The notes beneath the pieces are model-generated. The model was given only the letters and a program-made list of their open reading frames with translations, made no database searches and had not been told where the DNA came from. A stretch of DNA of 64,000 nt, taken from positions 132,432,001 to 132,496,000 of the forward strand of contig NC_042997.1 of NCBI RefSeq assembly GCF_006345805.1. The letters run 5' to 3'. Origin of the DNA: Octopus sinensis. Taxonomy: Eukaryota. Each line of letters begins with the position of its first letter. Position 1 is the stretch's first letter. The position numbers and the translations under genes were made by a program. Below, piece after piece: positions 1 through 13,801 of the stretch.

Positions 1-196
1 TGCTCGTATATTGTCTCTGTTTGCACAGAGTTAGAGAATACTCGGGAATGCAACAGTAACCATAATTGCGATCATTGACTTGGGGCTAACAGGAGACAGC
101 GTTGAACATGGCGCAGATAAAACAAATATTAAAGGATTTGAGTTGGGGGTTGGAGGTCACAGGTAGTACCTAGTGTGTGTGTGAGTCAGTGAGAGA

Positions 197-242
<46 letters not shown>

Positions 243-712
243 GGAAGGAAGATAGAGTAGCCGAGTTAGTGATTCGAGCAGTCATTGCTTGAGTATTGAC
301 TTTATTAGACATCAATAAACATCATGATGTATGGTGGCCATGTTCCGAGAAATATGAACACGTTGTCTTTGGCGTGTCTTTTTTAAAATTTTCTTTTGCT
401 TCAGTAGTTTATATCACTTGCATATGCCATATCATAAATATTTCATTACCTTCTCGGGTCCACGCGCTATACTAATTCTCTATAAGAATATATATATAAG
501 AATGTGTTTGTGTGTGTGTGTGTGTGTGCGTGTCTAGTTTTGGTTTCTAATAATATATGTTTTATAACCTTGAGAGCTAAAACTTCGTGATAATCTCTAT
601 AGCCGAGTATCATTCAATCCCAGAAAAGTTATAACTATAGTAGAAGACACTTGCCCAATGTGCTACACAGTAGGGCTGAATCCAGAACCATGTGGTTGGG
701 AAGCAAGCTTCT

Positions 713-714
<2 letters not shown>

Positions 715-795
<81 letters not shown>

Positions 796-980
796 TATAT
801 ATATATATATATACATTTATGTATATATACATACATAATACATATATATGTGCATATATACATGTGTGTGTGTATATGTATGTATATATATGTGTATATA
901 TATACATATTTATATTTACATATATGTATATATATACATATATCTACATATATGTATATGTATATATATATACACACACA

Positions 981-1030
<50 letters not shown>
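715..1030. repeat. (TA)n/(CA)n compound microsatellite, representative of dozens in the window
   Basis: Direct dinucleotide repeats; source of the YIYI/HTHT pseudo-ORFs. Confidence 0.98.
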
Positions 1031-1031
<1 letters not shown>

Positions 1032-1779
1032 GTATTAATATAAATATATTCTTTTATTTGTTTCCGTCATTCGACAGCAGCCATGCTGAAGCACTGCCTT
1101 TAGTCGAAGAAATCGACTCTAGGACTTATTCTTTGTAAACCTAGTACTTATTCTATCGCTCTATTTTCCCGAACCGATAAGTTAGGGGAACGTAAACGCA
1201 CCACCATCTGTTTTCAAGCGTTGATGGGGAGGACAAACACAGACACATACATACATCTTACAGAGAAGATCTCGGATAGAATACGTACATACGTACAAAC
1301 ACACATATAAATGCATGCACACATACAGAGATATATACATAGAACTGTAGAAGGCCAAATTAACATACCAAAACGTTTCCTAACAGTATAAAACTGACAA
1401 CACTGCCTTAGCAAAGAGGTATTGTCTCATAGTCTGTCGTAACTTGTACAAAGTAGACACAAGGTGACCGAAGCAATTCCTCCAAGATCATTGTGAGGCT
1501 AAGAATACAGTCACTAATGAGCAGGCAGATGGAGAGAAAAGAGTGTGGAGATATAGTGAACAAATTTTCTGAAATAAAGCTGTGTTGTCCGAAGCAAGAA
1601 CACACAAAAGAAACCTTCTCATAGTGTATGATTACAGAGAAGTAGTCGAATTCATTCTCCTCTCATATCTACTGAAATTACTGCTGTTGGTTGAGGTATT
1701 TGTTACGTTGTTGTCATTTGTTGCCATTGGTCCACAAACCTGATCTGCAATCCTTACACTTGTTACCGAGAGTGAAATT

Positions 1780-1975
1780 ATTGTCTCTGATAAATATTTC
1801 AAAGGGAATGTTCTAAGATGACGTCTGTGCTATTTATTTTGGCTTTATATCTACTGTTATATCATTTACGACAATCCACCTGTTATCTCTCAGGATCTAC
1901 AAAAGTAAGAGACACTAATGAAGTCCATAAATTGTTTATGGACGATCTAAAGATTTTTACAAAGCCGAAAAACAA
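1780..1975 (+). pseudogene. Degenerate non-LTR (R4/Dong-like) reverse-transcriptase fragment
   Basis: atatttcaaaggg (IFQG) near 1794 and ttgtttatggacgatctaaagattttt (LFMDDLKIF) near 1932 resemble RT motifs 4 and 5. Confidence 0.5.
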
Positions 1976-1991
1976 TTAAATATAATTATAA

Positions 1992-2398
1992 TAGGAGTGG
2001 CTGTGTGGTAAGTAGCTTTCGAACCACATGGTTCCAGGCTCAGTCCCACTGCGTGGCACCTTGGGCAAGTGTCATCTATTATAGCCTCGGGCCGACCAAA
2101 GCCTTGTGAGTTGATTTAGTAGACGGAAACTGAAAGAAGTCCGTCGTATATATGTATATATATGTATATGTATGTGTGTGTATATGTTTGTGTGTCTGTG
2201 TTTGTTCCCCCAACATCGCTTGACATCCGATGCTGGTGTGTTTACGTCCCCGTAATTTTGCGGTTCAGCAAAAGAGACCGATAGAATAAGTACTAGGCTT
2301 ACAGAGAATAAGCCCTGGGGTCGATTTGCTCGACTAAAGGCGGTGCTCCAGCATGGCCACAGTCACATGACTGAAACAAGTAAAAGAGAGTAAAAGAG
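1992..2398 (+). mobile_element. SINE family A (octopus OR-like, tRNA-derived head, CORE-like ccttgggcaagtg, internal TA/TG tract), full length
   Basis: A-box-like tggctgtgtgg, B-box-like ggctcagtccc, tail gactgaaacaagtaaaagag; more than 12 copies in the window. Confidence 0.9.
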
Positions 2399-3769
2399 TA
2401 TAATATTCTCTGCTGATATAGGGATGAAATTTGGTTTTTAAAATGTTCGTATTTAACAATTGAACGCAGAAAAACAATGCCCCAAACCCCAAATATATTC
2501 TTATATGCTAACTCTGTATCCCCCGTTCCACACAATGACAGCAACAATACCAAGGTATTAATGTAAATATATAATAGTTCGGTGCGGTGAACAAAGATCG
2601 AATAACTGAAGAACATTATATCAGACTAAAAAAGATATGACATTCAAAGCTTTTCTCATACAACCAGACAATATTCTATAATACATTTATAAAACCATTG
2701 CGAATACCAGCATTTGAAATACTTGGCCGATCTATAGCGGAATCTCCATGACATTAAAATCTCCATCGCATCCTGTGGGAGGAAATGCTGTTGGTAATAT
2801 GAAATGAAAGACATTACTTATGTTTCACTCTCCAAATCCAAGAGCTTTTCAGGGCTGCACTAAATTTAATCTTCCTGTGAATTTACGTTTAAATAAGAAA
2901 GCTTGGGTGACTAGGTTTTCCCCAACACTGGCTACAAACTTTTTCTTTAATTATTCTAAAAAAGCATTGTCACTTTTCGACAGTGTACCAAGTCACCTAG
3001 TGTATTTAAGTGATCTTTCTGATTGTGAGAGTAAAATATATACTAAAGAGCATAATATCTTTACTCCTACCGATAAATCAATTTTTCACAGATAACCCCA
3101 AGGCATATTATTTAAGATGAACTTTGGAAGAACCTATAAAAGAAATTGATAGGGAAGTTAAACCTATAGATAGAGACTATTGGAAAACGTTTAGCGTTTT
3201 GAATGTAGTGATAACACAGCCAGAACATGAGATGAAGTAATATACCCTCAGCCGTAAATGGTATTTTGCAAAACACAGCCATATTGTATTTAAGATTTTA
3301 CAGGTTTCATATCAGCAGAAAAGCTAGATCAAGTTTAGTGTTGTGACTGTTAAATGTAGGATCTGAAGAAATCATAGAAGTTGATGTAGTTGAGTTGCTA
3401 GGAACTCATAGAAAAAGTATGTCTAATGAGTTGATGATATTTGGATAAGAATAAATTTCAGGGTAAGAAGGGGATGCAGGAGATCCATTCACTATGTTTC
3501 ATTTGACTGCAAAGAATATGACCAAATAGTTGGCACAAAAAGTAGAAAGTCTGCAAGTCTGATAAAAAAAAAAACTAGTATGAGAAGAGGAGATCAATGT
3601 TTACTCAGTCTCTACACTGAGCTATATAAAAATAGGGTGCGCCGTACAACCTTTAGATAAGTCATTTACGGCTGGAGCTGCTGCCGATGGTGATGATGAT
3701 GGTGATTATGATTATGATGATGATGATGCTGGTCTATCGCACACAAGAATGTACACCCTATCCTCCGAA

Positions 3770-4283
3770 TCTCTATATATATAAAAGGCAAGTTGTCTGT
3801 CTGTGTGTCTGTCAGGTTGTACCCTCACCCTGACCACGGCTTTCAACCGATTCTGATGAAACTTGACACACACATAGCCCAATGTCATAATTCAAAACTA
3901 ACGCAGTGAAAATTTTGAAAAGTTCCCCAGTTCTGAATAAAATCGATAAATTCGACATGGGGTCGAGGATCTAAGCTTTTTATTTGCAACACATTTTCTG
4001 TTGTAGTTTTCGTAACTTGCAATCGATTTTCACCAAACTCATGGTGAAGCTTAATGTTACCCTAAGAAACTTAATTCTGACGTTAGTTTTCCATGCAATA
4101 CCTTACCATCAGAAAAAATCGATAAAATCATGCCATTTTGGGAAATCGCGTTCAAATTCAAGATGACATATTTTCGACAATATCGTTCTCAAATTGGCAG
4201 GAAATTTTTTAAAATTTGCAGCGAGCATCATGTCTGCTCCAGGGGCTCTTACATACCCAGGCAATGCCGGTCTATGCTGCTAG
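3770..4283 (+). mobile_element. Non-autonomous Helitron
   Basis: 5' TCTCTATATA start after A; 3' imperfect hairpin ccaggcaatgccgg then CTAG followed by T (A|T target, no TSD). Confidence 0.75.
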
Positions 4284-4295
4284 TAACTAATATTT

Positions 4296-5088
4296 TTTTT
4301 TCTACTTTAGGCACAAGGCTAGAAATTTTTGGGGAGGTGCACAGTCGATTAGATCGACCCTAGTACGCAACTGGTACTTATTTTATTGGATTCTAGAGGA
4401 TTAAAGGCAAAGTTGACCTCGGCAGAATTTGAAGTCAGAACGTAAAGACAGACGAAATACCTATTTCTTTACTACTTACAAGGGGCTAAACAAAGAGAGG
4501 ACAAACAAGGACAGACAAACGGATTAAGTCGATTATATCGACCTCAGTGCGTAACTGGTATTTAATTTATCGACCCCGAAGGATGAAAGGCAAAGTCGAC
4601 CTCGGCGGAATTTGAACTCATAACGTAGCGGTAGACGAAATACTGCTAAGCATTTCGCCCGGCGTGCTAACGATTCTTATTTCTTTACTGCCCACAAAGG
4701 GCTACACACAGAGGGGACAAACAAGGACAGACAAACGGATTAAGTCGATTATATCGACCCCAGTGCATAACTGGTACTTATTTAATCGACCCCAAAAGGA
4801 TGATAGGCAAAGTCGACCTAGGCGGAATTTGAAGTCAGAACGTGAAGACAGATGAAATACCTATTTCTATTTCTTTATTACCCACAAGGGGCTAAACACA
4901 GAGGGGACAAACAAGGACAGACATAGGTATTAAGTCGATTACATCGACCCCAGTGCGTAACTGATACTTAATTTATCGACCCCGAAAGGATGAAAGGCAA
5001 AGTCGACCTCGGCGGAATTTGAACTCACAACGTAACGCAGACGAAATACCGCTAAGCATTTCGCCCGGCGTGCTAACGTTTCTGCCAG
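4296..5088 (-). mobile_element. Head-to-tail array of SINE family B (tRNA-like head plus Nin/Deu-like domain cctttcatcctttcggggtcgataa), about 4 units
   Basis: Repeated unit ...cgaccccgaaaggatgaaaggcaaagtcgacctcggcggaatttgaactc... Confidence 0.85.
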
Positions 5089-5712
5089 TGTGTGTATGTT
5101 TGTGTGTCTGTATTTGCGTCCCCCACCCCCACGACATCGCTTGACAACCGATGGTCGTGTGCTTACGTCCCCGTAACGTAGCGGCTCGGCAAAAGAGACC
5201 GATAGAATAGGTACTAGGCTTACAAGTAGCAAGGCCTGGGAGTGATTTGCTCGACTAAAGGTGGTGCTCCAGCATGGCCGCAGTTACATGACTGAAAGAA
5301 GTAAAAGAAATATAAGAAAATTCGGTACTGAAATTTTTAAAAAAAGATATTTTTTGTGCAGAAAAAAAAAACAAGGTGTATTTCTTTATTTTTTGGTCTT
5401 TTTTTCGAAACGCATGGAACCCAGTGCTAAAACAGTTTTCTGGCCCGGAATTCTGCATAACATGCATGATTTACAGGAATTATGTCTTCGAATTTCAAAT
5501 GTGCTGAAACTATAATGAACTTTGTCACTACGGCTGATGGGAAGATTTCTGTGTTTATTTATCCTTTTTCATTTGTCCTTTTCCGTGAGCCGTTCCCACG
5601 ATCTATTTTCATTTTTCATACCTACATACATACATACATACATACATACGTACATGAAATACATACATAAATACATACATTCATACATTGAAGCATATAT
5701 TCGTACATATAT

Positions 5713-5761
<49 letters not shown>

Positions 5762-5978
5762 CATATATATATGCATAAATGCATACATACATACATGCAT
5801 GCATACATACATACATACATACATACATACATACATACATACATGCATACATACATACATACACACACACTTTCACACACGCATGTAAATTAGTTTTACA
5901 ACATGTTAAATGTATGAGTAGATTAAATATACTTTTCATTACAGCTAAATGTTTCGAGAGCATGGCTTTATAGTTAAC

Positions 5979-6143
5979 CAGGAGTGGCTGTGTGGTAAGT
6001 AGGTTGCTTACGAACCACATGGTTCCGGGCTCAGTTAGACTGCGTGGCACCTTGGGCAAGTGTCTTCTACTTTAGCCTCGGGCCGACCAAAGCCATGTGA
6101 GTGGATTTGGTAGACGGAAACTGAAAGAAGCCTGTCGTATATA

Positions 6144-6190
<47 letters not shown>

Positions 6191-6393
6191 ATATGTTCGT
6201 GTGTCTCTGTTTGTCCCCCCCAACATCGCTTGACAACTGTGTATTTACATCCCCGTAACTTAGCAGTTCGGCAAAAGAGACCGATAGAATAGGTACTAGG
6301 CTTAACAAAAGATAAGTCCTGAGATCGATTTGCTCGACTAAAGGCTGTGCTCCAGAATGGCCACAGTCAAATGACTGAAACAAGTAACAGAGT
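5979..6393 (+). mobile_element. SINE family A, full length
   Basis: Same head, core and tail as 1992-2398. Confidence 0.9.
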
Positions 6394-6394
6394 G

Positions 6395-6444
<50 letters not shown>

Positions 6445-7019
6445 GGGGAGGGAGAGTGATGTGAGATAACGTCCCTTTTAGTTTTGCTTCTTGTCCATTT
6501 CTCTCTGTTTGGACTGTTTGTCTGTCTGTCTGTCTGTCTCTCCTTCTTCCCCCTCTATCTCTCAGCATAAATATCATTCATTCTCCTTTTCGTAAGCAGA
6601 ATTCCTGGTCCTATTATGTTCAATTCTAATTGTTTCCCCTTCACATCTTCCTATTTCTCTCCTATTCCTACTTTCACATTCACCGCTTGCTTCCATTTAC
6701 CCATACCAATACGTAGACACAATCAAACACACCCACGTCACGTGCAGAGAGACACGCCCACCGACTTCACACTGCACCTACACTATAGTGATCAAGCTTT
6801 CTCGATACATTGTAGGCCAATCAACATCGCCACGTCTCTCCTCTTGCTCTTCTCTTCTTCTCTTTCTCCTATCTTCCCACATACACACACAAACACACAC
6901 ATACACACACACACATACATATACATACATACACACACATGTATTTATATATAGATATACATATACACGCACACAAGCATATATACATACATACATATAT
7001 ACATATATATATACATACG

Positions 7020-7083
<64 letters not shown>

Positions 7084-7301
7084 CATTCATACATATATAC
7101 ATATATATGTATATATGAATATATATACATACGCACATATATATATACACGTGTTTATGAAGATTTCTGTGTGTGTGTTTGTATGTGGGTGGGTGTATGT
7201 TTCTATGCATTTGCATGTCCATGTATGTGTACATGTGTAGATAAGTGTGCGTATATAAATGTGTTTGGATATATATATATGCATATATGTGTGTATAAAT
7301 A

Positions 7302-7375
<74 letters not shown>

Positions 7376-7759
7376 GTTTTCTCGCTTTTTCTCACACTCT
7401 TTAGCGTTTTCTTTACTCTCCTTTCTCTCTCCCACAGTCTCCCCTTCCATTATCTCTCTCTCTCTCTCTCTCTCTTTCGCGCTTACACAATTTCATATTT
7501 TTCTTTCTCACCCTCTCTCCTTCTAATCATCTCCACTCATCCTATCCCCACCTCTCTCTCCCTTCTGATGACCAGAAGCTCCATTATACGAAGTTATTAT
7601 TGTTGCATTTTATTCTTACCTTTTTCAAATTTCCCATGTGTCCCTAGACTAACCAAAAATCAAATGTTATATTTTCTGATGGACTGTTCACTCACGTGCC
7701 TAAGTCTCTCTTTCTCTCTCTCTCTCTCTCTTTGACATTCATTTTCTCCTGTTTTTACC

Positions 7760-8280
7760 CCTCCTGTCATTTTTCTTTCTCTGACTGTCTTTCTTCTCTT
7801 AATATTCGTCTTAGTTCTTTGGTGCTTTCGTTACTTCTTTCCTCCTCCTTGTCCTCTTCCTCGTCCTCGTCTTCGTCTTCGTATTCCTCCTCCTCCTCCA
7901 TCTCCCCCTCCCTCCGCTCCTCCTCCCCTTCGTCATCTCCCCTCCTCCTCCCTTCCTCCTCCCCTACACCTCCTCACCATCATCACAACCGTCTTCTTCT
8001 GCCCTTTCCTCTCAATCTGCTCCTCACCGCCTTCCCTGCTCCACCTCTTCTCCTTCTCCCTCTCTTTTTCTCCCTTCTTTCTCTCCTTTTCCTTCTTCTC
8101 CCTCTCCTTTTCCTTCTTCTCCCCTCGTTCTCCTTTTTGCCTTATCTTCTCTTCCTTCTCCCCATCTTATTCTCTCTCTCCTCCTCCTACTCTTCGTCCC
8201 CCTTTTCATCATTCTCTGATTCCCTCTTCTCGCTCTCTCCTCCTCTCCTCATTCTCTCTCCTCCTATCGTTCTCCTTCTA
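7760..8280. repeat. Polypyrimidine (CT/CCT/CTT) low-complexity tract
   Basis: Composition; explains the 234-aa S/L/P-rich ORF. Confidence 0.9.
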
Positions 8281-8559
8281 TCATTCACAATGTGCATTAT
8301 CTATTATTGTTACCGGAAACGTTTCTATTTTGGAAGGATAGATCGAAAGTGCAGAAGAAAGAGAAAAATAAAGAAACTAAAAACTGAATATGTGATCTGA
8401 TTTCCGATATCTTTGAGTCTGTCTTTACCTGTTAACATTCAAGGGTCATTCTTGTCAAGTCCTTACCTTGCTCTTAATAATGTACAAAAGAATTGGCCAA
8501 TAGAAAAACCAGATATTTGGGCACACTGGAAAATGGTACGCATTTAGATGCCCTTAAAT

Positions 8560-8825
8560 CAGTGGCCCTCAACCAGTTTTCCTATGGACCCCTTTGAATT
8601 CTATTCAGATGGATCCTCATGAATTCTATTGAGATGGATACATTCGATGTTTAAGAATCCTATTATATTTCTATAAGGGAATATTATTAGGAATTGTTTC
8701 TAAAAAATTGTTTAAACTATTTTATGTATCGTAGAAATATAACCAAATTATTGCATATAAATTTCAACAACAAAATCTTATATGAACCCCCCAAAGGTTC
8801 TATGGATCCCGGTTGAAAACCATTG
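8560..8825. mobile_element. hAT-like MITE
   Basis: Termini cagtggccctcaacc / ggttgaaaaccattg; degenerate 8-bp TSD ccttaaat/ctctaaat. Confidence 0.6.
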
Positions 8826-9602
8826 CTCTAAATCAATGACCGGAAGAGGTTCTGTTCGACCCGTGAATAGAGAAATACTTGCCAACAAGGTAAAGCCTAC
8901 ACAAATCTAGGATATGAGACATTTAACCGCCTATTTGGAATCGCTGACTTGACGCTGACTTTTTTGACATCAGATGTTTTAATGTTTCTTTCGTTCACTC
9001 CAGTCACCTGTATGCCTGTCTATGTTTATCTGTGTGAGCATCTAGTTTGTATGTATGTGTAATGTCTCTCTCTTACTCACTTTTTCTGTATGTGTATATT
9101 TATCTGCGAGCAAGTGTGCGCCTCTCCAGTGTCAAAAAGTGTTGTTGCCTAAACATATTGAATGTAAAGTCAAGCCAACCTGATATTTACAAGAGAGAAC
9201 ACGGCGAAGAAACAAGCCGAAATCAAAAAGACACCATTGCAACACTTATCATAGCAGTTTCAGAAACCACCACAAGAACAACAACAACAACCACCACCCA
9301 TTTGCACAGGAGATGGGAGAGAGGGAAAAAAACTGCCGGTAACAAAGAGAAAAAGGACTCCGAAGAAGAAGAGTAAATATCATGAATATGACCAAAAAGA
9401 GTGAGGAAGCACTCTTCCTCCAAACATCATCATGCGGCTCAGAATCGTGAGGCTGAGCAGAGAAGGGACAATAGAATTACCTATTTGAATGAACGATATA
9501 GTTTCGACGGTTTAGATGTTCTCGTGTAAATCGGTACTTCAACTCAGCAGACTTTTCGATCAAAAGGCAAAACGTATCCTATTTGAAAACTCTAACCCCT
9601 AT

Positions 9603-10008
9603 AGGCGCAGGAGTGGCTGTGTGGTAAGTAGCTTGCTTACCAAGCACATAGTTCTAGGTTCAGTCCCACTGCGTGGCACATTGGGCAAGTGCCTTCTACT
9701 ATATCCTCGGGCTGACCAAAGCCTTGTGAGTGGGTTTGGAAGACGGAAACTGAAAGAAACCCGTCGTACGTATGTATATATATGTATGTGTGTATGTTTG
9801 TCTGTCTGTGTTTGTCCCCCCATCGTTGCTTGTCAACCGATGCTGGTTCAACATCGTTGCTTGTCAACCGTAGCGGTTCAGCAAAAGAGAACGATAGAAT
9901 AAGTACTAGGCTTACAAAGAATAAATCCCGGGGTCGATTTGCTCGACTAAAGGCGGTGCTCTAGCATGGGGCCATGAAATGACTGAAACAAGTATAAGAG
10001 TAAAAGCG
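9603..10008 (+). mobile_element. SINE family A, full length
   Basis: Family sequence. Confidence 0.9.
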
Positions 10009-10239
10009 TATAGATAAATTAAGTACCCAAATGAAAAATGCTCGTGGGTTGGTATAATCAGCTAAAACTCAAAATAGAGATGCCATAGCATGGTTACAGT
10101 TAAGTCAGTGAAGCCAGTAAAAAATGGTTGCAAACACTAATTGTAAATCAGCAAGGATGCAACTGAATTCTGTAGTCGAAGGAGGTGAATTTGGATAAGG
10201 CATAGTTTGATTCCTAGAATGTTTTGGCAATGATAATAA

Positions 10240-10492
10240 AAATAAATGCACCCTTTTAAAGCCTAGCCAGGCTCATGGGCCCGGTTTCCCAGTTTCTATG
10301 GCGTATGTGTTCCCCAGCTGGATGGGACGCCAGTCCATCGCAGAGTTACTCATTTTTGCCCGCTGAGTGGACTCGAGCAACGTGAAATGAAGTGTTTTGC
10401 CCAAGAACACAACGCGTCGCCCGGTGCAGGAATCGAAACCACAATCTTATGATCATGGTGCAGACACCCTGACCACTAAGCCACGCGCCTCC
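10240..10492 (-). mobile_element. SINE family C (tRNA-derived head ggaggcgcgtggcttagtgg...gtttcgattcc)
   Basis: A/B boxes on the minus strand; close copy at 42535-42787. Confidence 0.85.
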
Positions 10493-11175
10493 TTTTTTGG
10501 TAATGATATCCACTAGAAAATTTTAGAAACATTTCCATAAATAAGATATCATTAATAATTCATTCTAATCATGGCACAAGGCCAACAGTTTTGAGGGATA
10601 CATCCAAATCGATTACACCAATATCTATAATTTATCAGGTATTTAAATTTATTGATCCCTGGACCCCTGAAAGGATGAAAGGCAAAGCTAACATGGATAG
10701 GATTAGAACTCAGAAGACAAGCCAGAAGAAATGCCACTAAGTATTTTGTCTCGTGTGCTAACGATTCTGCCAGCTCGTTGCTCTTCAGGGTATCACTAAT
10801 AGCAATAAGCATGTACATCAAACATGTTATGAATAAACGGCAAATAATTCTGTAGGCATACAAGAGAGAATTACAATAATCAATCTTAACTATATTAGAA
10901 GACGAATATCTCAAAGGAGCTTACTCCGCTCCTATTCTGTCAGACGTTACAAAAATGCGAAATCATCTTGGACTCGCATTTACAGGCTACAGAAGAGCAA
11001 TCTCATAAATAAATAAATATATATATATATATATATATAAGAAAATAGTAAAGTGTGAAAAAACGACAGAAGGCTTAAATGTTAAAAAATATATATATTT
11101 GTGTCAAAATGTCTGGAGAATATTGGAAAAATTTTTTTTCCTTTCCTTAAAATGACATAATTTAAAAAATTTTTA

Positions 11176-11215
11176 AAGAAATTACCGGTTTCGCGTGTAG
11201 CTTTTCAAATTTCTT
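11176..11215 (-). ncRNA. Minimal hammerhead ribozyme (U3-A8 variant) in the PLE 3' region, left arm
   Basis: Exact reverse complement of 13587-13626. Confidence 0.75.
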
Positions 11216-12459
11216 GTGACGTTATGTTTATATTGCATGGAATTATCGTTGTTTTTATTTCCAGGAGATTTCTAAATAAGGGGAGGTAGTGAGTGATTTT
11301 TTCCGGTGTAGGGGATAATCGCTTAAAATTTTTTTTCCCCTTTTCCTTGTTAATTTCTCTGTGTCAGTATGTTCGGATGGTTGAGTCTGGGTTTGTACTT
11401 TTCAATGAAGAATGTTTCCTTGTTCAGTCTCATTTGTGTTGATGATCCGAAAGCACATGGTAAAATGGGAAGATTAAAAATTGTGGCAGTAGTTGCTTTG
11501 CGCATTTCTCAATGTGCTCACTAAAAGGTATCATTCTATATTCTGGGAATGCAATCTGTTGTCGATGCAGTGTGCATCTGCGCCTGAGTGATAGTCCCGT
11601 GGAACCCACGTAGTCTTGGTGGCAGCCCGAGCATTTAATAACATAAATTATGTTTTCAGAGGCACAAGTAAAGTTAGATTTGATCTTAAATTTCTGTCCC
11701 TCTTTAAAGAAGAATTCTGATCCTTCCAATAGGTTAGGACATGTTGCACAGTTCGATCTACCACATTTTTTTACTTTTGCATCCGTATTTTAGAAGACAA
11801 TTTTGCCTTTGTGAGAATCTTTTTAAGTGATTTAGGCTGTTTGTAGCTTTTAATGATTTGGTGTATGTTTAGAATTCCTTTAATTTTGGGTTTTTATGAA
11901 GTATTGGTAAATTCTGGGTGATGATGGTGAAGGCTTCTTTGTTTCTGGGGTTGTATGTAGATATGTAAGGTAGTATTTTCGGGGAAGGTGTGTTGTTGTG
12001 TTGAACTTTTCTTAAAGTTTCTATGTTGATTTCTGTTGCACGAGCTGGGTAATGTCTGTCAATTAGGGTGTTTTTGAGTTCTTGCAGTCTAAAGTTCCTG
12101 GTATTTTGTTCTGACACTATTGTGCATATCCTTCTTGCAAGGTTGAAGGGGATGTTTGTTTTAGTGTGTCTTGGGTGGCATGAATTAAAAAGAAGGTATT
12201 GTTTGGCGTCTGTGGCTTTGTAAAAAATGTCTGTTTCTATTTTAAGGTTAATTTTTTTAAGGTTAATTTAAAGTTTGTTAGGAAATCAATCTCTTTGGTT
12301 GTCAGTTCCTTTTCATGGGTTTTAATTAGTGAAGATAGAGTTTTCATTATTTTTTGTGGGGTGTAGTTGGTAATTTTTTCATAATGTAGGTCTTCATCAA
12401 GCAAGGAAATTACAAGATTTCTGTAGTATGATGTATCCATTATTACAACTGCAGTTCAC

Positions 12460-13450
12460 AATATACAGTTCACAATGGAATACAACCAAAAGGAGCTCCC
12501 GTTCTTGGATATACTAATTAAAAAAATTAACCTTAAAATAGAAACAGACATTTTTTACAAAGCCACAGACGCCAAACAATACCTTCTTTTTAATTCATGC
12601 CACCCAAGACACACTAAAACAAACATCCCCTTCAACCTTGCAAGAAGGATATGCACAATAGTGTCAGAACAAAATACCAGGAACTTTAGACTGCAAGAAC
12701 TCAAAAACACCCTAATTGACAGACATTACCCAGCTCAACTCATAGAGGATGGGATCAGACGTGCAACAGAAATCAACATAGAAACTTTAAGAAAAGTCAA
12801 CACAACAACACACCTTCCCCGAAAATACTACCTTACATATCTACATACAACCCCAGAAACAAAGAAGCCTTCACCATCATCACCCAGAATTTACCAATAC
12901 TTCATAAAAAACCCAAAATTAAAGGAAATTCTAAACATACACCAAATCATTAAAAGCTACAAACAGCCTAAATCACTTAAAAAGATTCTCACAAAGGCAA
13001 AATTGTCTTCTAAAATTACGGATGCAAAAGTAAAAAAATGTGGTAGATCGAACTGTGCAACATGTCCTAACCTATTGGAAGGATCAGAATTCTTCTTTAA
13101 AGAGGGACAGAAATTTAAGATCAAATCTAACTTTACTTGTGCCTCTGAAAACATAATTTGTTATTAAATGCTCGGGCTGCCACCAAGACTACGTGGGTTC
13201 CACGGACTATCACTCAGGCGCAGATGCACACTGCATCGACAACAGATTGCATTCCCAGAATATAGAATGATACCTTTTAGTGAGCACATTGAGAAATGCG
13301 CAAAGCAACTACTGCCACAATTTTTAATCTTCCCATTTTACCAATGTGCTTTCGGATCATCAACACAAATGAACTGAACAAGGAAACATTCTTCATTGAA
13401 AAGTACAAACCCAGACTCAACCATCCGAACATACTGACACAGAGAAATTA
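12460..13450 (+). pseudogene. PLE RT C-terminus/thumb plus GIY-YIG endonuclease, frameshifted
   Basis: ORFs 12475-13167 and 13168-13377 joined across 1-2 nt indels. Confidence 0.85.
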
Positions 13451-13586
13451 ACAAGGAAAAGGGGAAAAAAAATTTTAAGCGATTATCTCCCTACACCGGA
13501 AAAAATCACTCACTACCTCCCCTTATTTAGAAATCTCCTGGAAATAAAAACAACGATAATTCCATGCAATATAAACATAACGTCAC

Positions 13587-13626
13587 AAGAAATTTGAAAA
13601 GCTACACGCGAAACCGGTAATTTCTT
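13587..13626 (+). ncRNA. Minimal type I hammerhead ribozyme (U3-A8 variant)
   Basis: aagaaat | ttgaaaa | gc-tacac-gc | gaaa | ccgg | ta | atttctt: perfect 7-bp stem I and palindromic ACCGGU stem III. Confidence 0.75.
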
Positions 13627-13801
13627 TAAAAATTTTTTAAATTATGTCATTTTAAGGAAAGGAAAAAAAATTTTTCCAATATTCTCCAGACATTTTGACA
13701 CAAATATATATATTTTTTAACATTTAAGCCTTCTGTCGTTTTTTCACACTTTACTATTTTCTTATATATTCACCCACGTGCTTTACCAAACAAATTTTCT
13801 T

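Noticed and set aside
635-1138. [12 protein letters not shown]-rich ORFs here and throughout the window
   Set aside because: Stop-free translations of microsatellites, not proteins
7696-8400. 234-aa hydrophobic S/L/P ORF
   Set aside because: A polypyrimidine tract lacks stop codons by composition
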